A stretch of 30,943 nt of DNA, taken from a virus (lineage: Duplodnaviria; Caudoviricetes). A program made the position numbers and the translations under genes. Positions 25,527 to 30,943 of this stretch are shown here, in pieces; position 1 is the stretch's first letter; every line of letters begins with the position of its first letter. The stretch is from positions 1 through 30,943 of IMG/VR virus record IMGVR_UViG_3300027818_000004; one strand, given 5' to 3'. The notes under the pieces were generated by a model. The model saw nothing but the letters and a program-made list of their open reading frames with translations, ran no database searches and was not told where the DNA came from.

Positions 25527-26562
25527 CTTTTTTTGTTAAAAAGTCAATATATTCAGGAAGGATTTGAGTGTAATTATGTATCTTTAATAACTCATACCCG
25601 TTCTGAACCAACTCTTTTCTTTTAATGTTACTTTTTAATAATTCGTTTGCCTTGTCAGCTAAGTTTCCTTCGTTAGCCAATAAATAATTTTTATCGGGTC
25701 GCATTTCGCCATACTTCGTATTCCACTTTTCGTTTCCAACAATCGCCACCCCATAATCCATAGCTTCCAAAAAAGTGTATTGAGTTCCTCCACCGTCATC
25801 TGCAATATGGCTCATATCAATCATCACTTTTGCTCTTGAATAAATCTTTTCCATTTCGTGAAAATCGAATCCTCCACAATAACATCTTCTTTTCCAATTA
25901 TATCTCCCGTCCAAAATATGCCATTCGTAAACTCTGTTTATCCAACTGCTATATATTTCCAACCTTCCTTCAAATCTATCCATATTCGCCACAATGTATT
26001 CAATATGTTTGTCAAAATCTATCCTTGTAGTGCTTATAATTAAATCCTCTTTTTTTTCTTGCAACTTGCACCTTCTTTTATACGGATGTTTTATGAAAAT
26101 CGTTTTTTCCAATTTGTAATTATCCTCGTAATACTTCTTCGGAGCGGGTCTAATAAAAATAGCCCTTAAATCAATTTTCAGTTTCTTGTAATTATTTAAT
26201 ATTAACTTTAGTAATGCACGGTCTTTTAACTTATCCTCGGCAGGGTCGTGAATCACTATGAAAACCTTTTTCCCTTTCAGTGGGTATAAATACTCAGGAC
26301 TTCCCTTTTTACAAAACGCCTGCGGTATCAGTATAACATCAAACGCTTCCAAACTTCTTTTCATTTTAACCCAGTCTTTCTTTTGGTAGTTAACTGTGAA
26401 ATATCCGTCCTTATTCAGTTCATTAGACGCTTTATTTTTTCCTCCCGTGTAAAATATTATTGGAATATGCCCACCGTCTTTAAACATATCATAAATTTGA
26501 CGCTGAAATGTCACTACGCCCCCAACTTTCATTAACTCAAAATTTAACAACGCTATCTTCAT
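25513..26562 (-). CDS. GT-B (GT4-like / phage DNA alpha-glucosyltransferase-like) glycosyltransferase
   Basis: MKIALL...GGV.TF start, IHD, R....K motif (RIDFDK), GGTQYTFLEAMDYG donor-binding motif. Overlaps the TerS start. Confidence 0.82.
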   Translation of the reverse strand: MKIALLNFELMKVGGVVTFQRQIYDMFKDGGHIPIIFYTGGKNKASNELNKDGYFTVNYQKKDWVKMKRSLEAFDVILIPQAFCKKGSPEYLYPLKGKKVFIVIHDPAEDKLKDRALLKLILNNYKKLKIDLRAIFIRPAPKKYYEDNYKLEKTIFIKHPYKRRCKLQEKKEDLIISTTRIDFDKHIEYIVANMDRFEGRLEIYSSWINRVYEWHILDGRYNWKRRCYCGGFDFHEMEKIYSRAKVMIDMSHIADDGGGTQYTFLEAMDYGVAIVGNEKWNTKYGEMRPDKNYLLANEGNLADKANELLKSNIKRKELVQNGYELLKIHNYTQILPEYIDFLTKKDENI

Positions 26563-26595
26563 CACTTTAAATTATACCTTATTTGTAATCCTCGT

Positions 26596-27861
26596 TCATA
26601 TTCGTGCTTTTTTATTATTATAAAAATATACTGCATTTCCGTTCTTATCCTTTCCTTTAATCTGCAATACTCCGTCAAAATACTTTTCGAAAAATCCATC
26701 GTTCCACCTTTTAATAAAATAATCGTAATATGTCATATCTCTTAATCTGCCTCTTTTGTTGCCAATATTCATATGGTCTTCTATCCTGCTGTTTTTTCTC
26801 CAACTTTTCTCGGCATCATCCGCAAAGCTCCTAGCATCGTCAAGGGTTATATGCCCCTTTTTCTTAGCAACTAAAATTAAATAAGTCATCTGCTCTTTAG
26901 CGTATCCTTTAAAATATTTATTGTTGTCTAGTAAACCGCAACAACTTCCACCGCAACTTTTTTCTTTGTGCATCGCATCTGATATAAAGTATTTTATCTT
27001 GTATTTATTGCACAATTCAATATACCTCTTTACATAAATTTTTAAAAAATCATATTTCAATCTAACATACCCGCAACCGCCACCGTATTTCTTGTAAAAT
27101 TTCAATAAATTCATCCCGGACGCTTTTGAAATATCTTTGTAATTTCTCAATGTTTCGTTCCTAAAAAATGCTCTCGTATCTAAACAAAAAAATTCAGTTG
27201 TGATACTTTGGCAACCAATCTCTTTGGCAGTCCTTATTTGTTCTTCCAAGTCTAAATCCGTCACCCCAACTATAAATGGTCGCATTCTCCAAGTAGTCAG
27301 CGTTCCACACTCTCTATTCAGCGTTTTAAGAACCTCAATTCTCCTTTGTGGTGTTGGCGTGCCTTTTTCTAGTAAACGACTCTTCGAGTCGCTTAGGGTA
27401 ATTATGCTGGCTTTGTAGTGCCACATATTTCCGGCTTTTTTAAACTCATTAAAATATCTTTCATCTTCAAGCACCAAATCGCCCTTACTAGAAAAGCTAA
27501 TCGGTTGTTTAACTTCGTTAAAAAATTTTAAAAGTTCTAACCCAACTCCATACTTTTTTTCATATGGACAAAACGGGTCTGACAGCCCACCCCACTGTAT
27601 CGGTTTCCTTGCTTTTATCCAATCGTAATATCCGGTTTTTTTTTCTCCGCTCCAAATTTTTTTTATCTCATCTAAACTGACCGCCTTTATTACCTGCTTC
27701 TTGTTATAATTTTTAGATGCCGGACCAACGCCCCTTATGTATTGACTAAAACAATAAGCACAATTAAATGCACAATTAGAATACTGGTCAAATGTTATCG
27801 GCATAGAGCAGTCGCCAAATTCACTTGATATCCTTGGAGAATGATATTTTTCTAATTTCAT
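26596..27861 (-). CDS. Radical SAM enzyme, spore-photoproduct-lyase-like clade
   Basis: CxxxCxxC (CAFNCAYC), GGLSDPF...E, SSKG, LE.GTPTP..RI, R.RPFI.G, plus an extra C-terminal SCGGSCCG. Confidence 0.88.
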   Translation of the reverse strand: MKLEKYHSPRISSEFGDCSMPITFDQYSNCAFNCAYCFSQYIRGVGPASKNYNKKQVIKAVSLDEIKKIWSGEKKTGYYDWIKARKPIQWGGLSDPFCPYEKKYGVGLELLKFFNEVKQPISFSSKGDLVLEDERYFNEFKKAGNMWHYKASIITLSDSKSRLLEKGTPTPQRRIEVLKTLNRECGTLTTWRMRPFIVGVTDLDLEEQIRTAKEIGCQSITTEFFCLDTRAFFRNETLRNYKDISKASGMNLLKFYKKYGGGCGYVRLKYDFLKIYVKRYIELCNKYKIKYFISDAMHKEKSCGGSCCGLLDNNKYFKGYAKEQMTYLILVAKKKGHITLDDARSFADDAEKSWRKNSRIEDHMNIGNKRGRLRDMTYYDYFIKRWNDGFFEKYFDGVLQIKGKDKNGNAVYFYNNKKARI

Positions 27862-28517
27862 TTCAAAAGATTTAATAATGCGTCCTTATCTAATTCTCCT
27901 TGTCTGCTTGTTTTGAAAAAATTTCTAATTTTATCATATTCTTCAAATGTTTCAACATAAAATGCTAGCTGGTCTTTCCGGTGCATCGCTTCCGGCTCTT
28001 CAACTTTTACCGGCACTTTTTCGTTTCGCTCAAATAGCATTTTTAATTCCTCATCTTCGTCAGGTTCGTAGGATTCTTGTGTTTGAAATTTTAACTGCCT
28101 TTGTAATAATATCTGTTCCTTCTCGGTTTCATCAAACCCCGGAATATCATCATCTTTTAATTTAAACACTAACTCATTTCTCATGTCTTCATCCCAAAAG
28201 CCGGATATTTGATTCATAGACAGGTTTAATTTCTGCTCTGTTTTTTTATCCACATCTATAATACCGCAAGTGCTTTCCTTTATGCCCTTTTTTTTTAAAA
28301 CCTTATACCGCTGGTGTCCGCTTATAATAGTTAAGTCCTTATTGACCACAATCGGTTCGATGTATGCCAAATTTATACTTTTTTCAAGTTCCTCTAGCTG
28401 AGCATCTGTCATTATTCTAGGATTATATTTAGCCGGTTTTAAATCACTTAATTTTAGCTTCTTATAAACCGCCTCTTTTAATATTTCTTTCGCTTTTTTA
28501 TTATTCATACTCCTCAT
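27858..28517 (-). CDS. ParB/sulfiredoxin N-terminal domain protein
   Basis: Motifs LKPAKYNPR, LEKSI, EPIVVN, IISGHQR, LN..MN.I.G.WD, GF...E. Confidence 0.9.
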   Translation of the reverse strand: MRSMNNKKAKEILKEAVYKKLKLSDLKPAKYNPRIMTDAQLEELEKSINLAYIEPIVVNKDLTIISGHQRYKVLKKKGIKESTCGIIDVDKKTEQKLNLSMNQISGFWDEDMRNELVFKLKDDDIPGFDETEKEQILLQRQLKFQTQESYEPDEDEELKMLFERNEKVPVKVEEPEAMHRKDQLAFYVETFEEYDKIRNFFKTSRQGELDKDALLNLLK

Positions 28518-28693
28518 TTAATTCTTTTAAAATTTAATAAAACAACTTTTTTATAATTAACTGCTTTTTCAATATGCTCTCTAACCTCTGTAAATCTTTC
28601 CCAACAATTAAGAGGCTTATCAATTTCAAAAATCGTATCTCCAAATTTCCCGTCCCCTATAAAACTAACAAAATATTTATATTTTTTTTTCAT
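28514..28693 (-). CDS. 59-aa hypothetical protein (likely start MKKKYKY at 28693)
   Basis: TAATG coupling with the upstream gene. Its stop overlaps the start of the ParB gene. Confidence 0.65.
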   Translation of the reverse strand: MKKKYKYFVSFIGDGKFGDTIFEIDKPLNCWERFTEVREHIEKAVNYKKVVLLNFKRIK

Positions 28694-29055
28694 TATTTTA
28701 TTTTCCCCTCTATCGCAGCCCACTTCGCTTTTTTAAACTTCGGCAAAACTGCCATAACCTTACTCCCCTCTTTTAATTCATAATAAGAAATAACCGAAGC
28801 ATTTAATTTATATTTTTTGTTATCATAAAAAACAAAAAGCTGATCATCTTCTTTTATAATATTCGCAATGGCTCTTATCCTATGTATGGTATTTACTATT
28901 TTATAATAATAGTCGCCATCCGCACTTATTTTTAATTCCATTCCGTCTCCCTCTAATAATTTTGATTTTGAAGCATAATTATCGGGAACGGGATAGCTTT
29001 CTCCGTCTTCTGTTATCATATTTACCCCGTCAAAAATTCCTTTTATGTTCTCCAT
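28693..29055 (-). CDS. Hypothetical protein resembling a conserved Patescibacteria (CPR) family
   Basis: Motifs G.FDG..M...DG..YPVP.NYASKSKL.EGD...L.I..DG...YK and WAAIE. Recognised from memory, not searched. Confidence 0.65.
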   Translation of the reverse strand: MENIKGIFDGVNMITEDGESYPVPDNYASKSKLLEGDGMELKISADGDYYYKIVNTIHRIRAIANIIKEDDQLFVFYDNKKYKLNASVISYYELKEGSKVMAVLPKFKKAKWAAIEGKIK

Positions 29056-29374
29056 ATTTTTTTATTTTAAATTTTATAAACTCCTCCTTTTTCTTAACAT
29101 CAATTTTTTCTACTTTTATTTTGTAAAATAATTTATCATTAAACCTATATTTTTTTTGTAAAATATCTGCGAACGGCTTTACTAAATTATCCGCATCCGC
29201 ATTTTTGCTAGACACTCCAAATAATAATTCAAGTTCTAGTTTGCCTTCGGGTATTTTTATTCTCGGCAATAAATATAATACCTCATTTTCATAATCTTTG
29301 TAAATCTTAGTTTTAAACCTGCGTCCCTGCCATACGGAGTTAACGCTTAACGCCTTTACTTTTATTCCGTGCAT
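29030..29374 (-). CDS. rusA: RusA-family Holliday junction resolvase
   Basis: N-terminal LSVN..W motif and catalytic DADNLVK...D.L.....FND. Confidence 0.85.
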   Translation of the reverse strand: MHGIKVKALSVNSVWQGRRFKTKIYKDYENEVLYLLPRIKIPEGKLELELLFGVSSKNADADNLVKPFADILQKKYRFNDKLFYKIKVEKIDVKKKEEFIKFKIKKYGEHKRNF

Positions 29375-29606
29375 TTTTTTCCTTTAAAGCAGTATCCCCT
29401 TTTATCACTTTTTTAATATACCTCTTTACTTCGGCAATTTCCTTTTTGTCTGCCAAAAACTCTTTAGCCTGCTTTAATGATTTGAAATTATCAAACACAA
29501 GCCACGAGCTTATTTTATCAATCCAAATTTGAATTGAATATCCTTTATGTTTTTTATTACTTTTTTTATTTTTCGTAATTAAAATTTGAGTATTTTTTAA
29601 TTCCAT
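29340..29606 (-). CDS. Basic hypothetical protein (88 aa)
   Basis: ORF with an A-rich leader that overlaps rusA. No motif recognised. Confidence 0.6.
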   Translation of the reverse strand: MELKNTQILITKNKKSNKKHKGYSIQIWIDKISSWLVFDNFKSLKQAKEFLADKKEIAEVKRYIKKVIKGDTALKEKNARNKSKGVKR

Positions 29607-29613
29607 TTTTTAT

Positions 29614-29657
29614 AAAAACAAAACCACCGTTCCAAAAAATGGCATAATACGGTGGCT
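29614..29657 (-). terminator. Intrinsic terminator-like hairpin downstream of the strong promoter
   Basis: Minus strand: AGCCACCGT...ACGGTGGTT followed by TTGTTTTT. Confidence 0.65.
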
Positions 29658-29717
29658 ATATTACTAGTAATTATATTTTTTTGCATAGCTATTATTTTAA
29701 TCTTTATTTCTACAATT

Positions 29718-29746
29718 ATTGTATATGTTTTATTGTCTTTTGTCAA
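29718..29746 (-). promoter_or_regulatory. Near-consensus sigma70 promoter (candidate late promoter)
   Basis: TTGACA (29746-29741), 17-nt spacer, TACAAT (29723-29718). Confidence 0.78.
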
Positions 29747-30026
29747 TCTTTCTTAACTCTTTAAATATTTTGTTTGAAAGCTCCTTATTGTTTTCTAATA
29801 AATCGTGACAACTCTGACATACTAAAATTACCTGATTGAAACTCCCTAATAATCTTTCCCGCCCTTTTCTTTTATACCAAATTCTTTTATGTCGGTGGTG
29901 GAAGGAAAGAAAATTATTAACCAAACATCCAGGCAATCTCGCCTCGCAATAAACCATTCCCTTGTCGGCAAAAACTTCTTTTAATTTTTTCCTATCGGCT
30001 TCCCATTTTTTTGTCCAGCTTTCCAT
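29730..30026 (-). CDS. HNH-like zinc-binding nuclease-fold protein
   Basis: CE....GC, HH.H.R, N.VILVCQSCH. Confidence 0.72.
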   Translation of the reverse strand: MESWTKKWEADRKKLKEVFADKGMVYCEARLPGCLVNNFLSFHHRHKRIWYKRKGRERLLGSFNQVILVCQSCHDLLENNKELSNKIFKELRKIDKRQ

Positions 30027-30445
30027 TGCTTTCTAATTTTAAATAATTCTTTAAAATACTTAATCCTTTTCCAAAAAATACGCCTCTCGCAAATTATAAA
30101 AAATTTTATTTCCCTAAATAAAAACATTAAAATAAATTTCATTCTACTAAAAAAATGTCCCGCTAATAATCTGTTTATCATATCAATCGCTGTTAATTCG
30201 CACTGGTTATATTTATCTTTTAACCGAGATCCCGCCATTCCCCTCGTATCATACCACAAAAAATTTCTAAAAGTGCTTCTCGCAAATTGCTCATCCTTTT
30301 TTTCATATTCCAATACCCACCAAACATTATCATTTATTTTTTCATCGTCTATATTCTTATAATTTTTAGTCCCTAACATTTTTAAAACATAATCAATTCC
30401 TAAATATGTTTTTCTCTCCTCTTTTATTGTTTTTATTTTATCCAT
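29981..30445 (-). CDS. Hypothetical protein (154 aa)
   Basis: Long ORF on the coding strand that overlaps its neighbours. Confidence 0.65.
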   Translation of the reverse strand: MDKIKTIKEERKTYLGIDYVLKMLGTKNYKNIDDEKINDNVWWVLEYEKKDEQFARSTFRNFLWYDTRGMAGSRLKDKYNQCELTAIDMINRLLAGHFFSRMKFILMFLFREIKFFIICERRIFWKRIKYFKELFKIRKQWKAGQKNGKPIGKN

Positions 30446-30608
30446 TTAATTTTTTGTTTATTTCTTCTAATTGTTTTCCAACTTCTTCTAACTGTTTATG
30501 GGCTTTAATAAGTTCTTCTAAAATTATGTCTTCAGTTGTTTTGGCGTATTCTGGAATTACATCGCCATTGATATACCATTTACCTACTTCGGTTTTGTTT
30601 TTTTTCAT
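30438..30608 (-). CDS. 56-aa hypothetical protein with C-terminal coiled coil
   Basis: Manually translated: MKKNKTEVGKWYINGDVIPEYAKTTEDIILEELIKAHKQLEEVGKQLEEINKKLNG. Confidence 0.65.
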   Translation of the reverse strand: MKKNKTEVGKWYINGDVIPEYAKTTEDIILEELIKAHKQLEEVGKQLEEINKKLNG

Positions 30609-30609
30609 A

Positions 30610-30774
30610 TTATTTTTTAAAAATTAAGTGTCCAAAAGATACCATTAAGCAAGCGAAAGTAATTATGTAAATCCACGACAACCATTCAAACTCCTTGACG
30701 CTGAAGCAAACCGAAGCGGAAATATAAAACATTCCTAATAAGAAGACATAGATTAAAATCCAAAACATTTTCAT
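30610..30774 (-). CDS. 54-aa membrane protein with two TM segments
   Basis: Manually translated: MKMFWILIYVFLLGMFYISASVCFSVKEFEWLSWIYIITFACLMVSFGHLIFKK. Confidence 0.6.
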   Translation of the reverse strand: MKMFWILIYVFLLGMFYISASVCFSVKEFEWLSWIYIITFACLMVSFGHLIFKK

Positions 30775-30793
30775 AAGCCTCTAATTAAATTTA

Positions 30794-30943
30794 TTATTTT
30801 TTTAATTTTTTATTTATTATTTTTAATTGTTTTTCAATTTTTTCTAATTTTTCTAAAATTCTATCTTCAGTTGTTTGTTTTGGTTCAGAAAACCACCATA
30901 TACCTGCTTCGCAAGAAGAACTTACTGTGTCTAATATTTTGTT
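30794..30943 (-). CDS. 3' end of a hypothetical protein entering from the window edge
   Basis: ...WWFSEPKQTTEDRILEKLEKIEKQLKIINKKLKK-stop. Similar to the C-terminus of 30438-30608. Confidence 0.55.
   Translation of the reverse strand, partial: NKILDTVSSSCEAGIWWFSEPKQTTEDRILEKLEKIEKQLKIINKKLKK

Larger units (their letters stand above)
1..30943 (-). mobile_element. Siphovirus-type phage/prophage late region (packaging, head, tail, lysis)
   Basis: Canonical gene order TerS-TerL-portal-protease-MCP-neck-tube-TAC-TMP-Dit-Tal-fibre. No sheath gene. No integrase or att site in the window. Confidence 0.95.

Noticed and set aside
26571-26600. Promoter for a leaderless GT-B transcript (GGTATAAT just upstream of the start)
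   Set aside because: The -10 is perfect but the -35 is poor (ATGAAC), and TATAAT arises often by chance in AT-rich DNA.
26596-27861. Calling the radical SAM gene splB (spore photoproduct lyase)
   Set aside because: Only clade-level motifs match. The ParB/GT/terminase context and extra Cys cluster argue against simple repair, so no symbol was assigned.
503-30627. All plus-strand ORFs in the track (e.g. 5231-5707, 11072-11380, 20187-20507, 21650-22072)
   Set aside because: They are antisense shadows of well-supported minus-strand genes, with Ser/Phe/Ile-rich composition and no motifs.
1-30943. Stop-codon reassignment (code 15 or 25)
   Set aside because: Core genes are full length in code 11, and TGA, TAG and TAA all end genes at sensible, often coupled, boundaries.
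1-30943. tRNA, rRNA, CRISPR array, integrase/att site, intron or intein
   Set aside because: None recognised by eye. Intergenic gaps are short, and TerL, portal and MCP show no intervening elements. A covariance-model scan was not possible.

Overview
This AT-rich window is a contiguous piece of a tailed dsDNA phage or prophage genome (HK97-fold siphovirus). Every credible gene is on the minus strand. Read right to left, it contains: small accessory genes, an HNH-like gene, a near-consensus sigma70 promoter followed by a terminator, RusA, a ParB-N / radical SAM / GT-B glycosyltransferase cassette, TerS, TerL, a portal-MuF fusion, prohead protease and major capsid protein. Next is a ~9 kb insert in the head module with three GT-A domains, two methyltransferase domains, a P-loop domain and large Ser/Thr-rich fibre-like proteins. 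The window ends with head-tail joining genes, tail tube, frameshifted chaperones, tape measure, Dit, a LamG-carrying Tal/hub, an HxH tail fibre and holin-like genes. Most genes lack Shine-Dalgarno sites, and one ORF resembles (from recall) a conserved Patescibacteria protein, so a CPR host is suspected. The main leads are: (1) a packaging-linked radical SAM + glycosyltransferase DNA-modification cassette; (2) a probable virion-glycosylation locus whose GT ends in a small domain shared with the adjacent head-module protein; (3) GC-rich 29-bp in-frame direct repeats bounding a fibre cassette; (4) a TerL start codon that is out of frame across an A10 run. All assignments come from motifs and synteny; no searches were run.
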